From a virus, in the IMG/VR virus record IMGVR_UViG_3300020419_000004: a stretch of DNA of 64,000 bases, one strand, 5' to 3'. This document shows, piece after piece, positions 28,449-38,894 of the stretch; positions within the stretch are counted from its first letter, which is position 1; the number at the start of each line of letters is the position of its first letter. A program made the position numbers and the translations under genes. The notes under the pieces are model-generated. The model made no database searches, had not been told where the DNA came from, and saw only the letters and a list, made by a program, of their open reading frames with translations.

Positions 28449-30934
28449 GTTTCTATACAAACGTTCAAATGGTTGGCGACAACTTACTATACTTGGGGTA
28501 CGAGAATGGACAACGTATCCAAAGGAAGTTTAAGTTTTCTCCAACACTTTTTATTGTCACAGAAAAAAAGACAAAGCATAAAACTTTGGATGGTAGGTAT
28601 GCCAAACCTATACAGTTTGGGTCTATCAGGGAAGCTCGTGCTTTCCGAGAGAAGTATGCTGATGTAGAAAATTTCGAGGTTCATGGTTATGACAGGTATC
28701 TCTATCAATTCATCTCGAAAGAGTTTCCGAAAGAAATTGATTACGACCTTAAAAGTCTTAAGATTACATCTCTTGATATCGAGGTGGCATGTGAAAATGG
28801 CTTTCCTAACGTGCAGGAATGCTCGCAACCTCTTCTTAGCATTACAGTACAAGACCATATCAGTCGTAAGATCAAAGTATGGGGTACCAAACCGTATACA
28901 AATAATAGAGATGACGTTGAGTACATATTGTGTGACGGTGAAGAACATCTTCTCCGTGGTTTTCTTCACTATTGGACTACTAATTTCCCAGATATTCTTA
29001 CGGGGTGGAACGTAGAACTTTATGACGTACCTTACATATGTGGTAGACTAGAACGTCTCTTCGGTGAGAAAGAAATGAAGCAGATATCTCCATGGGGTAT
29101 CGTGCACAGAGAAGAGATGGAAATAAAAGGTCGTCAACAAATACTGTACAACATGTATGGAATTAATGTCGTAGATTATCTTGATCTCTATAAGAAATTT
29201 ACTTATACAAATCAAGAATCATATCGTCTAGACCACATTGCCTTTGTTGAATTGGGTCAAAGAAAATTAGACCACAATGAGTTTGAAAACTTCAAGGACT
29301 TCTACACGAAGGACTGGCAAAAGTTTATTGACTACAACATCCTTGACGTGGAACTTGTGACACGTTTAGAAGATAAGATGAAGTTGATAGAACTTGCCAT
29401 TGCTCTCGCATATGATGCTAAGGTAAATATAAGAGATGTATATTATCAGGTGAGGATGTGGGACACCATCATCTATAATTTTCTCAAAGAGAAAGGTGTA
29501 GTTGTACCACCTGCAAAGCGATCAAACAAGAATGAAAAGTACGAAGGTGCATATGTTAAAGAACCGAAACCAGGACGCTATAATTGGGTGGTCAATTTTG
29601 ACCTCAACAGTCTGTATCCTCATCTTATTATGCAGTATAATATCTCACCCGAAACTCTCTGTGAGAGCAGACATCCATCGGCAAGCGTTGAGGGGTTACT
29701 GGGGAAGCGTTGCGAAATAGATGGGAAATATTCTGTAGCACCTAATGGTGCACAGTATCGTAAAGATATACATGGTTTTCTACCAGAAATTATGGAGAAG
29801 ATCTATACTGAACGTGTCGTTTATAAGAAGAAAATGATACAGGCAAAGGATGAGTATGAAAGAAACCCATCTGCCAAATTAGAAAAGGATATTAGTAAAT
29901 TTAATAACATACAAATGGCACGTAAGATCCAATTGAATAGTGCCTATGGTGCCATTGGAAATCAATACTTCAGATATTATAATCTACGTAATGCTGAAGC
30001 GATTACTTATGGTGGTCAGTTCAGCATTCGTTGGATTGAAAACAAAATGAACATATACCTTAACAAGGTATTGAAAACTGAAGGAGAAGATTATGTTATT
30101 GCTAGTGACACTGATAGTATCTACCTCAATATGGGTCCTCTGGTCGAGACTGTATACAAGGGAAGAGAAAAAACTGATGAGAGCGTTGTCACGTTCCTTA
30201 ATAAGGTCAGTGAAATGGAACTTGAACCTTATATTGAGGGTGCTTACAAAGAATTGGCAGAGTACGTAAGTGCGTATGAGCAGAAGATGATCATGAAACG
30301 AGAGAACATTGCATCATCAGGTATCTGGACAGCAAAGAAAAGATATATGCTCAACGTATGGGACAGTGAAGGTGTACGATACAACAAACCTAAGCTTAAG
30401 ATGATGGGTATCGAAGCTGTTAAATCTTCTACACCTGCACCATGCCGAACTGCTATTAAAGATGCCATTAATATCATGATGAGTGGTACAGAAAAGGATT
30501 TAATATCGTTTATAGATACTTTCAAGACTGAATTCAATTTATTACCACCTGAAGATATAGCATTTCCTAGGTCGGTCAATGGACTACGCAAATTCAAAGC
30601 GTCAGGAACCGTGTATACAAAGGGCACCCCTTTACATGTTCGTGGAACTTTGCTTTATAATTTTTATATCGCAAAGAACAAGCTCGAATACAAGTACCCC
30701 CTCGTACAAGAGGGTGAGAAAATAAAATACCTTTACCTACGCAGACCAAACAAAATCAGTAATGAGAACGTAATCTCTTTCCTTAATACATTCCCTCGTG
30801 AACTGGGAGTGGAAGGGCAGATAGATCGTGATGCCCAATTTAAAAAAGCTTTCCTAGACCCTTTACGTATCATCACAAATGTGATAGGATGGGAAACAGA
30901 GAAAGTATCTAACCTTGAATTTTTATTTGCATGA
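28445..30934 (+). CDS. gp43: DNA polymerase, family B
   Basis: DIE exonuclease, [28 protein letters not shown]; uninterrupted. Confidence 0.99.
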   Translation: MSFYTNVQMVGDNLLYLGYENGQRIQRKFKFSPTLFIVTEKKTKHKTLDGRYAKPIQFGSIREARAFREKYADVENFEVHGYDRYLYQFISKEFPKEIDYDLKSLKITSLDIEVACENGFPNVQECSQPLLSITVQDHISRKIKVWGTKPYTNNRDDVEYILCDGEEHLLRGFLHYWTTNFPDILTGWNVELYDVPYICGRLERLFGEKEMKQISPWGIVHREEMEIKGRQQILYNMYGINVVDYLDLYKKFTYTNQESYRLDHIAFVELGQRKLDHNEFENFKDFYTKDWQKFIDYNILDVELVTRLEDKMKLIELAIALAYDAKVNIRDVYYQVRMWDTIIYNFLKEKGVVVPPAKRSNKNEKYEGAYVKEPKPGRYNWVVNFDLNSLYPHLIMQYNISPETLCESRHPSASVEGLLGKRCEIDGKYSVAPNGAQYRKDIHGFLPEIMEKIYTERVVYKKKMIQAKDEYERNPSAKLEKDISKFNNIQMARKIQLNSAYGAIGNQYFRYYNLRNAEAITYGGQFSIRWIENKMNIYLNKVLKTEGEDYVIASDTDSIYLNMGPLVETVYKGREKTDESVVTFLNKVSEMELEPYIEGAYKELAEYVSAYEQKMIMKRENIASSGIWTAKKRYMLNVWDSEGVRYNKPKLKMMGIEAVKSSTPAPCRTAIKDAINIMMSGTEKDLISFIDTFKTEFNLLPPEDIAFPRSVNGLRKFKASGTVYTKGTPLHVRGTLLYNFYIAKNKLEYKYPLVQEGEKIKYLYLRRPNKISNENVISFLNTFPRELGVEGQIDRDAQFKKAFLDPLRIITNVIGWETEKVSNLEFLFA

Positions 30935-31956
30935 CTTCATCATTTTTAAAAAGCATTGTCAAAGAGATTGACAATGAATACGCAGGATTATTATCAGAAG
31001 GTGGTGTCGGTGACATTGAATCTTTTGTAGACACAGGATCATATATTTTTAATGCTCTTTGTAGTGGTAGCATCTATGGTGGTGTGCCAAGTAATAAAAT
31101 TACTGCACTAGCAGGTGAGAGTGGTACAGGTAAAACATTCTTTTGTCTTGGTGTAGTCCAGAGTTATCTAAAAGATAATCCAGATGCAGGTGTAGTTTAC
31201 TTTGAGAGTGAGGCTGCAGTCACTAAACAGATGATTGATGAACGTGGTATAGATGGACAACGTATGATACTAGTTCCTGTCACCACAGTTCAAGAGTTTA
31301 GAACACAAGCAATCCAGATCTTAGATAAATATCTTGCATTAGACATAAAGGATCGCAAACCTATGATGTTTGTGTTAGATTCTTTAGGAATGCTTTCAAC
31401 ATCTAAAGAACTAGCAGACAGTGCCGAGGGTAAAGACACTCGTGACATGACTAGAGCACAAGTTGTTAAGGCAATATTCAGAATTCTCACTTTAAAATTA
31501 GGAAAAGCAAATGTCCCCTTACTGGTTACAAATCACACATACGATGTCGTTGGTGCCTATGTTCCAACTAAAGAAATGGGTGGAGGTAGTGGACTTAAAT
31601 ACGCTGCGAGTACAATCATATACTTATCAAAGAAAAAGGAGAAAGATGGAAAGGAAGTTATTGGAAACATTGTCAAAGCAAAGGCTGCTAAGTCGCGTCT
31701 AACTGTAGAGAATTCAATAGTAGAGACGAGGTTATATTTTGATGCACGTGGACTTGACAAATATTACGGGTTACTGGAACTGGGTGAGAAGTATGGAGTT
31801 TTTGAACGTAAGGGAAACCGTGTTGTTGTTGGGGAGTCTAGCGTCTATCCTTCTGCTATTCTCAAGGATCCTGACAAGTACTTCACAGGAGAAATAATGG
31901 AGAAACTTGACTGGGCAGCAGGTCAAGAGTTTTTATATGGCAAGGAGAAAGTATAA
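30931..31956 (+). CDS. uvsX: RecA-like recombinase
   Basis: [30 protein letters not shown]. Confidence 0.97.
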   Translation: MTSSFLKSIVKEIDNEYAGLLSEGGVGDIESFVDTGSYIFNALCSGSIYGGVPSNKITALAGESGTGKTFFCLGVVQSYLKDNPDAGVVYFESEAAVTKQMIDERGIDGQRMILVPVTTVQEFRTQAIQILDKYLALDIKDRKPMMFVLDSLGMLSTSKELADSAEGKDTRDMTRAQVVKAIFRILTLKLGKANVPLLVTNHTYDVVGAYVPTKEMGGGSGLKYAASTIIYLSKKKEKDGKEVIGNIVKAKAAKSRLTVENSIVETRLYFDARGLDKYYGLLELGEKYGVFERKGNRVVVGESSVYPSAILKDPDKYFTGEIMEKLDWAAGQEFLYGKEKV

Positions 31957-32606
31957 TGTTTCCAGGATTAGAACCACCCTCTCTTGACATCAATGATTAT
32001 AAGAAGACTGTAAAAAAGAGTTCAGATATTAAAGTACTATTTCCTTCTCTCGTATTCCAAGCAAAGGTAGAGGGATTTGAACCTATCCAAGATGAACTAA
32101 TTGGGTATTCTTATGGGGAAAGAGGTAGAGATCCAGAAGGTGCATCAGCAACTAATATAAATGGTTGGCAATCTAAAAATAATTACCACGAAAAGCAATC
32201 AACTCTCCTAGATGTACTAGCAAGAGGTCTATCTAGCATTGGTGGATTTAGAGATGGATTTGGTTTGAAGATGACAGGTATGTGGATCAATATTAATCCA
32301 CCAGGTTCACTTAATAATGGACATACTCATCCCAATTGTGATCTTTCGGGTGTTATGTGGATTAAATCTCAACCTGAGTGTGGCAAGATAGAATTTGAAA
32401 ATCCAAATTACTATAGTCATCCTAACATAGCAGGTTATTCTAATGAATTGATAGAAAATACAGATATATTTCCTGCATATGATTTTGCACCTCAAGATGG
32501 TGAGATATTATTGTTCCCATCTTACCTCAGACATGGTGTACACGTGAATAATTCTAAGGAAGATAGGATATCTGTCGCATTTAACTGTAATTTGGTGCAA
32601 GCATGA
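31956..32606 (+). CDS. Putative 2OG-Fe(II) oxygenase (TIGR02466-like)
   Basis: WININ, HTHPNCDLSGV, FPSYLRHGV, RISVAFN. Confidence 0.85.
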   Translation: MFPGLEPPSLDINDYKKTVKKSSDIKVLFPSLVFQAKVEGFEPIQDELIGYSYGERGRDPEGASATNINGWQSKNNYHEKQSTLLDVLARGLSSIGGFRDGFGLKMTGMWININPPGSLNNGHTHPNCDLSGVMWIKSQPECGKIEFENPNYYSHPNIAGYSNELIENTDIFPAYDFAPQDGEILLFPSYLRHGVHVNNSKEDRISVAFNCNLVQA

Positions 32607-33181
32607 GAGACGATTTATTTGCCATCCCTGTTAGAAAATATAACGTTGACAATAATCAACAGTTTATTGATTATGTCTCTAATATATGGAAGGAAGAGAG
32701 GTTAAGAGTACCTTCTCCTTTCTTGTTTAGTGTCAGAGAATTTGGGTACAACCTAACTCAGATATACACTGACCTATTAGAGCAATTTCTTACTGATATT
32801 GAGTGTTTTGACACGCATTCAATTACTATGGATGCAATTATACTTAAGGTGTTAGAGAAGGGGGAGAGTACTGATAGATTTGATACCCTACCCAGTCACT
32901 ATACTCTAATACATTACGTTGATGTGGTTGACGGTGGAGCATCAGACACACTACATCATCCTGCAAGACAACCAATGAATGCATTCAAGCCAGCACACAT
33001 TGATGAATGGCAAGATGCAGCAGGGTTGTATATTAATAAAGGTGATGCTATAATATATCCATCCTTCATGGAGCATAGTTCTCCTGTCCAGAAGGAAACT
33101 AGAATGACAATCACAGTCCCACTAATACTAAAACTGAATGAACAAGGTAGAGAATCTAATATTAAAGAACCTACTGCTTGA
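32603..33181 (+). CDS. Degenerate TIGR02466-like oxygenase
   Basis: GDAIIYPSFMEH, RMTITV; HxH replaced by FDT. Confidence 0.6.
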   Translation: MRDDLFAIPVRKYNVDNNQQFIDYVSNIWKEERLRVPSPFLFSVREFGYNLTQIYTDLLEQFLTDIECFDTHSITMDAIILKVLEKGESTDRFDTLPSHYTLIHYVDVVDGGASDTLHHPARQPMNAFKPAHIDEWQDAAGLYINKGDAIIYPSFMEHSSPVQKETRMTITVPLILKLNEQGRESNIKEPTA

Positions 33182-34511
33182 TGAGGTCTATGTCCGTAAG
33201 GCATTACCTTTTATTAAGGGAGAGTATTTTGCTGACTTATTAGAGAAGAACTTATTTGATATTATATCTAAATACTTCTCACAGTACAACGCTTTACCTA
33301 CTAAGGAAGCACTAGAAATTGAAGTTGGTCAGTTAGATAGTATATCTGATGAGCAGCATCAAAATATTGTAAAATTAATTAGGGATATAGATGATGAAAA
33401 ATCTGATCCTGACTGGATTGTAGACACCACAGAGAAATGGTGCAAAGAACGTGCAATTTATCTTGCACTAATGGAGAGTATTAAGATAGCAGAAGGCAAT
33501 GATGACAAACAAAGTCCCACTGCTATACCTAGTATACTTTCTGAAGCCTTAGGGGTTAGTTTCGACAACCACATAGGACATGATTACCTACAAGATTACG
33601 AAGAACGATACGAGTTCTACCATAAAACTGAAGATAAGATACCTTTCGATCTGGAATTCTTCAACAAGATTACGAAAGGTGGTCTACCTAATAAAACTCT
33701 CAACATTGCTCTTGCAGGCACTGGTGTGGGGAAGTCTTTGTTCATGTGCCATGTTGCTAGTGCTGCTCTTCTCCAAGGTAAAGATGTCCTGTACATCACT
33801 CTTGAGATGGCAGAGGAAAAAATAGCAGAAAGAATAGATAGTAACCTTCTAAACTGTGATATACAGAACTTGAACCAACTACCCAAGTTGATGTTCGACA
33901 ATAAGATTACAGCATTGAGTAAGAAAACTGAAGGTAAGTTGATCGTTAAGGAATATCCTACAGCATCAGCACATTGTGGTCATTTCAAGTCATTACTCAA
34001 TGAGTTAGCCTTGAAAAAATCATTCAAACCTGATATAATATTCATAGACTACCTCAATATATGCTCATCATCAAGGTATCGAGCAGCAAGTAATGTCAAC
34101 TCGTATTCCTACATCAAGGCAATCGCAGAAGAACTTAGAGGACTTGCAGTCGAAGCAAACTTACCTATCGTATCTGCTACTCAGACCACTCGTTCTGGTT
34201 TTGCTAGTAGTGATATTGATCTCACCGATACAAGTGAGTCATTTGGTTTACCTGCTACTGCTGACCTTATGTTTGCTCTTATCTCTTCCGAAGAGTTGGA
34301 AGGATTAGGACAGATAATGGTTAAGCAATTGAAAAATAGATACAATGATCCTACTGTGAACAAACGTTTCGTGGTGGGTATTGACAGAGCTAAGATGAGG
34401 TTGTATGATGTAGAGCAAAGTGCTCAACAAAACTTGTCCGACTCTGGACAAGAGGACATGGAGAAAGTTCAAGAGAATTTATCTAAGAAATTTGCCAGTC
34501 TGAAAGTATAA
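33138..34511 (+). CDS. gp41: Replicative DNA helicase
   Basis: AGTGVGKS, ITLEMAEE, IDYLN, SESFGLPATAD, QLKNRY. Confidence 0.98.
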   Translation: MNKVENLILKNLLLDEVYVRKALPFIKGEYFADLLEKNLFDIISKYFSQYNALPTKEALEIEVGQLDSISDEQHQNIVKLIRDIDDEKSDPDWIVDTTEKWCKERAIYLALMESIKIAEGNDDKQSPTAIPSILSEALGVSFDNHIGHDYLQDYEERYEFYHKTEDKIPFDLEFFNKITKGGLPNKTLNIALAGTGVGKSLFMCHVASAALLQGKDVLYITLEMAEEKIAERIDSNLLNCDIQNLNQLPKLMFDNKITALSKKTEGKLIVKEYPTASAHCGHFKSLLNELALKKSFKPDIIFIDYLNICSSSRYRAASNVNSYSYIKAIAEELRGLAVEANLPIVSATQTTRSGFASSDIDLTDTSESFGLPATADLMFALISSEELEGLGQIMVKQLKNRYNDPTVNKRFVVGIDRAKMRLYDVEQSAQQNLSDSGQEDMEKVQENLSKKFASLKV

Positions 34512-34537
34512 TACATACATTTGATAAAGAATTTACT

Positions 34538-34942
34538 ATGACAATAGATTTTGATAAGTACAGTCATTTCGTGGATACTGTCACAAGCGATAGTTCTAAA
34601 GATTTTGTCTATCTTGCTGATCGTTTGGTTGAACTTGACCAAAAGGGTGCCAATATTGAACGCCTTACCACTGCTGGCGTTGGGCTTGCTGCTGAGTCTG
34701 GAGAGTTCTTGGAGATCGTTAAGAAGATGGTCTTCCAAGGAAAGCCATGGAACGATGATAATAGAAAGCATCTTATTATTGAGTTGGGTGACGTTATGTG
34801 GTACGTGGCACAAGCTTGCATGGCTCTGGACATCAGTTTTGATGAGGTAATTGAAGGTAATATTAAGAAATTAGAGAAGAGATATCCTGGCGGTAAGTTT
34901 GATATCAATTACTCCGAAGTTCGTGCAGAAGACGACCTCTAA
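34538..34942 (+). CDS. mazG: MazG-like nucleotide pyrophosphohydrolase
   Basis: AESGEFLEIVKK, ELGDVMWY, KLEKRYP. Confidence 0.95.
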   Translation: MTIDFDKYSHFVDTVTSDSSKDFVYLADRLVELDQKGANIERLTTAGVGLAAESGEFLEIVKKMVFQGKPWNDDNRKHLIIELGDVMWYVAQACMALDISFDEVIEGNIKKLEKRYPGGKFDINYSEVRAEDDL

Positions 34943-35567
34943 ATTTCACCAAGCATTCCCTTTATTAATATATGAGAAGGAACTTACTGGTTTCTTGAAC
35001 GTATTGTACCAAGGATTTGACGATGCTAAATTTGACAACAGCACAGGTAAAATAACAGGGGAATTAAATGGTAAGGTTCTAGTCCATCAGGACTTAAGAC
35101 TAGAACCATTTTTTAGAGCTGTGAAAAAGTGTGCTGTAGAGTACATGGATCAGTTTGCCATAGACAAATCTACCTACGAGGTAAATTTTGTTAAGTCTTG
35201 GTTTACTATCTGTGATCCTGGTCAGCACTTCCCATGTCACTATCACTCATGTGCACACATATCATGGGTATACTATATACAGACACCTGGTGACCCCTTA
35301 ATTTTACATAAAAAGAACCCTAACGAATGGTTTGGAGATGCATTTAAACTCATTAAAGAAAATAGATTTAACAATGGTGATGGATATGCTATCACCCCAC
35401 AGGCTCAGCACCTTATTATGTTTCCTGGTCATCTTGAACACTATACTACTTCTCAACCCAGAGAACATAGACGAATTAGTCTTGCTGGTGACATCCTTCT
35501 AACTCTAAAACATAGAACGGATACAGAATCGGGGTTGCTTCCTCCTAAATATTGGAAAAGCTTCTGA
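34899..35567 (+). CDS. Putative 2OG-Fe(II) oxygenase (TIGR02466-like)
   Basis: SWF, CHYHSCAHISWVYY, FPGHLEH, RISLAGD; start uncertain. Confidence 0.8.
   Translation: MISITPKFVQKTTSKFHQAFPLLIYEKELTGFLNVLYQGFDDAKFDNSTGKITGELNGKVLVHQDLRLEPFFRAVKKCAVEYMDQFAIDKSTYEVNFVKSWFTICDPGQHFPCHYHSCAHISWVYYIQTPGDPLILHKKNPNEWFGDAFKLIKENRFNNGDGYAITPQAQHLIMFPGHLEHYTTSQPREHRRISLAGDILLTLKHRTDTESGLLPPKYWKSF
35546..35551 (+). promoter_or_regulatory. Possible late promoter (TAAATA)
   Basis: 22 nt upstream of the 35573 ATG. Confidence 0.45.
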
Positions 35568-35572
35568 TAATA

Positions 35573-37108
35573 ATGGCATACCAGAACATTGATAGAAGAG
35601 ATTTACTAAGAGCAATCAAGGGTCGTCCTGTAAAGGAAGAGATGGAAAATATAATGGATGTTGCAGGTCAGGACTCTGTTTGGAGACATGATCCCAACAT
35701 AAACTATGGTAAATGGGATGGTAAATCAACATTTGGCACTGAACCTACAGATAGTTGGATCTCTATAAAAACTAGTGAGAGTGCTGTCAGAAGATTGATC
35801 GCACGGTATAAAAATAGTTACATAACTGCACTGAAAGGTAGTTCTAAAGACTATGATACTGGAGTTAAACCATACATCTCACTGTACGTTGGTACTCAGA
35901 AAATAAAATTCCAAGCAACAGGTAAACTTACTGACTCTACTGGTAAAGCGGTCAGTGAAGCGACCATGACAAGGATGCAAGAACTAGGTTCTGCCTTTGT
36001 ATTCAAAAGAGCTATAGCAGAGAACGCAACGTGGAAGGATGCAGAAGCATTAAAGAGCGATGACGATACTATGAAAGGTATCAAGGATATATGGAAGAGG
36101 ATTGGTAAGGTAGATGAAGTTGATGACACTTGGATAGACAATTTCTATAAGCAACAGAAGACATTGCTTGCTAAGATAGGCAAACCTGCGTTCACAGAGT
36201 TCAATCGTGACGGTGGGTTCATGGAATTTATTACTAAGATAGTCAAAGACAATTTTGATATCAGTGCTAAGGACAACTGGAACCCTGCAGACATATGGTT
36301 GATACAGGATGAGACTAAGTGGACAAATATGATAGGTGCTGCGGTAAATTCTGGTAGAAGAGGACGTTCAAAAGCAAAGTCAATTACCGAATTAAATGCT
36401 ATAATGAGAATGTTATTCAAAGCTAGACAAGTGTTTGGTATTTCTCTCAAAAAGGTAGCTGCAGGACAGGATGCACGAATACAATTTGTGAATGATAAGA
36501 GTGAGTTCTTTACCAAGTTGGATCAGTTGCATTTTGAGTATGAGAAAGCTGATTGTAAGATGGGACAGAAGAAAGACAAGGAAGGTTCTATAACTTTATC
36601 CACTCAGGACACTAGATTGTACATAAAAGATGGTGGTAATACATATAATTTTCAAATCAAAGGCAACAACAGCACTGGGTATTCTAATTTAAAATATGAA
36701 CCCACCTCATCAGGTGCTACTGCTGCTAGATTAGGTAAAGCAACTGTGGAACTGGTAGAACAACTGTTAAAAGACTACAGTTTGAGTTTCCAAAAAAGTA
36801 ATGAAGCATATCCAATGGATGCTGCCCAGTTTCTTGCCAATAAAAATGGCAAGTGGAAAGAACTGATAGAGGTTTTGGATAAAGCAGGTGTAGATATTGA
36901 TGTTCCTGATGTGGATACAGCATATAATAATTTACTATTTGTATTTGGTACAAAACCTCATGTTGCTAACTCCAAATGCCAACAGATCAAATGGTTATCT
37001 GAGTACCTATCACTCAGTGATGAAGATAGAGATCAGTTTGGAACTGACATGGTATTTCTTGCCAAAAAAGAAGGACGAAAGTACGGTGCATTTGCTAAAA
37101 TATACTAA
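35573..37108 (+). CDS. Large hypothetical protein, possible PD-(D/E)xK restriction-endonuclease-like fold
   Basis: MQELGS ... WNPADIW ... GISLKK. Confidence 0.55.
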   Translation: MAYQNIDRRDLLRAIKGRPVKEEMENIMDVAGQDSVWRHDPNINYGKWDGKSTFGTEPTDSWISIKTSESAVRRLIARYKNSYITALKGSSKDYDTGVKPYISLYVGTQKIKFQATGKLTDSTGKAVSEATMTRMQELGSAFVFKRAIAENATWKDAEALKSDDDTMKGIKDIWKRIGKVDEVDDTWIDNFYKQQKTLLAKIGKPAFTEFNRDGGFMEFITKIVKDNFDISAKDNWNPADIWLIQDETKWTNMIGAAVNSGRRGRSKAKSITELNAIMRMLFKARQVFGISLKKVAAGQDARIQFVNDKSEFFTKLDQLHFEYEKADCKMGQKKDKEGSITLSTQDTRLYIKDGGNTYNFQIKGNNSTGYSNLKYEPTSSGATAARLGKATVELVEQLLKDYSLSFQKSNEAYPMDAAQFLANKNGKWKELIEVLDKAGVDIDVPDVDTAYNNLLFVFGTKPHVANSKCQQIKWLSEYLSLSDEDRDQFGTDMVFLAKKEGRKYGAFAKIY

Positions 37109-38319
37109 TGAGTAAGAACACACACCTCGAACACTTAGAAGATAGCATCCTCCTTGATGGTAAAGAGGGTGCTACAGATGCTTTTGTGTTCTTGGATGAA
37201 CTTGCTAAGACTTTTAGTGCTGGTGGTAATAATAACTTAAAAATTACTACTAAATGGGACGGTGCACCTGCTGTATTCTGTGGCACATATCCTGGCACCA
37301 ATAGATTTTTTGTTGGTAGTAAATCTATCTTCAATAAGGATGCCAAGATCAATTTTACACACTCAGATGTAGATGCATACCATGGTGGGTCACCTGGTCT
37401 TGCTACTAAGTTGAAAGATTGTCTGACTTACCTCCCTGATCTAGGCATTAAGGGTATAGCACAGGGTGACTTACTCTTTACTGATGATAAAGAAAAGAAA
37501 AAAATTGATGGACAGGACTGTCTTATATTTCAACCCAATACTATCACCTATTGTATCCCTTCAGAGGATGAACTATATGAAAAGGCACTCAAAGCAAAAC
37601 TTGGTATAGTATTTCATACCAGTTATAGTGGTAGTACTATCCAAGGGTTGAAAGCATCGTTTGGATACAACGTTAACCAACTAAACAACAGTAAAGATGT
37701 GTTAGTTCTTAGTGCTGAGACAGAACAACTAGGTAATGACATCTTACTTGATAGTTCTGAGAAGAATGAACTGGTATCAATAAGGACTAAGAGTGCTAGT
37801 CTGGTAGCAGGTACGTTCCTAGACACCATGGCAGAGCATAATGCAGGTAAAGATCAGTTAGCTGTTGGAACTAGACTAAAGATCTTCTTTAACAAGTATG
37901 TTAGAGAGGGTAAAAAGATGGGATCATCCGTTACAGTTGTAAAAGAATTTAAAAAGTACTTTGAGGATGAGTGTAGGAAGGCAGCAGACAAATTGAAGTC
38001 ACCAAAAGGTAAGGCAGGTAAACTTGCTAAGTTATATGATGGTCAAGATCTTATCAAGAAGCATGAGAGTGACTTAACCAAGACGATTGATCTATATAAG
38101 AACCTCCAGTTGGCAAAGGAGATGTTCATTCGTAAACTAGAGAAGGGTGAAAGGTTTGGTACATATCTCAGGACAGAGAATGGGTACAAGATCACTGCAC
38201 CAGAGGGATATGTTGCTATCCAAGAGGGATCTAAGGCAGTTAAACTGGTTGATCGTCTCACCTTTAGTGTTGCCAACTTCAATGTAGAAAAGAACTGGGT
38301 CGCAGGAGATAGTAAATGA
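37108..38319 (+). CDS. DUF6267-like protein with ATP-dependent ligase/nucleotidyltransferase motifs
   Basis: TKWDG (I), QGDL (III), PEGYV (IV), AVKLVDR (V). Confidence 0.7.
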   Translation: MSKNTHLEHLEDSILLDGKEGATDAFVFLDELAKTFSAGGNNNLKITTKWDGAPAVFCGTYPGTNRFFVGSKSIFNKDAKINFTHSDVDAYHGGSPGLATKLKDCLTYLPDLGIKGIAQGDLLFTDDKEKKKIDGQDCLIFQPNTITYCIPSEDELYEKALKAKLGIVFHTSYSGSTIQGLKASFGYNVNQLNNSKDVLVLSAETEQLGNDILLDSSEKNELVSIRTKSASLVAGTFLDTMAEHNAGKDQLAVGTRLKIFFNKYVREGKKMGSSVTVVKEFKKYFEDECRKAADKLKSPKGKAGKLAKLYDGQDLIKKHESDLTKTIDLYKNLQLAKEMFIRKLEKGERFGTYLRTENGYKITAPEGYVAIQEGSKAVKLVDRLTFSVANFNVEKNWVAGDSK

Positions 38320-38867
38320 GCACATGTTATTTCACATTTGGTAGGTTCAATCCACCCACCATAGGACACGAAAAACTTATCAAGGCAGTGGAGAAAGAAG
38401 CGGGTTCTAGTGACTGGTTGATCTTTCCATCACAGACACACAAAAAACCAGATAATCCATTGCCATATGAGTATAAGGTTTCCGTAATGCAGAAGATGTT
38501 TCCGTTTGCTGCAGATCATATTGATGAAAAGGCATGTTGCAATACTATTATTAAAGTTGCACAGCATTTAATGATGAAAGACTATAGTGACCTCATAATG
38601 GTGGTGGGTTCTGATAGGGTAACTGACTTTGATAAGATACTACAGAAATATAATAGGGTAGACTTCTCATTTAGTACTATTCAAGTTGTATCTGCTGGTG
38701 AGAGAGATCCAGACGCGGAAGGTGCCAGTGGAATGTCTGCAAGTAAGATGAGAGCAGCAGCAAAAGATGTAAAAACAGTAGATTTTATGAGTGGAATACC
38801 AGATACTATGAGTGCTGAAGATAAACTAGAGCTCATGGCAAAGGTTAGAGAGGGTATGGGCTTATAA
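38316..38867 (+). CDS. Cytidylyltransferase-like nucleotidyltransferase
   Basis: FGRFNPPTIGH, VVGSDR, MSASKMR. Confidence 0.9.
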   Translation: MSTCYFTFGRFNPPTIGHEKLIKAVEKEAGSSDWLIFPSQTHKKPDNPLPYEYKVSVMQKMFPFAADHIDEKACCNTIIKVAQHLMMKDYSDLIMVVGSDRVTDFDKILQKYNRVDFSFSTIQVVSAGERDPDAEGASGMSASKMRAAAKDVKTVDFMSGIPDTMSAEDKLELMAKVREGMGL

Positions 38868-38870
38868 ATA
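38863..38870 (+). promoter_or_regulatory. Late promoter (TATAAATA)
   Basis: Full consensus upstream of ATG 38895. Confidence 0.75.
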
Positions 38871-38894
38871 AGTTTGATATGTACATCTATATTA

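Noticed and set aside
38316-38867. Assignment to a known phage NAD reconstitution pathway
   Set aside because: No Nampt/Namat- or PRPP-synthetase-like partner in the window; HxGH alone does not define the substrate
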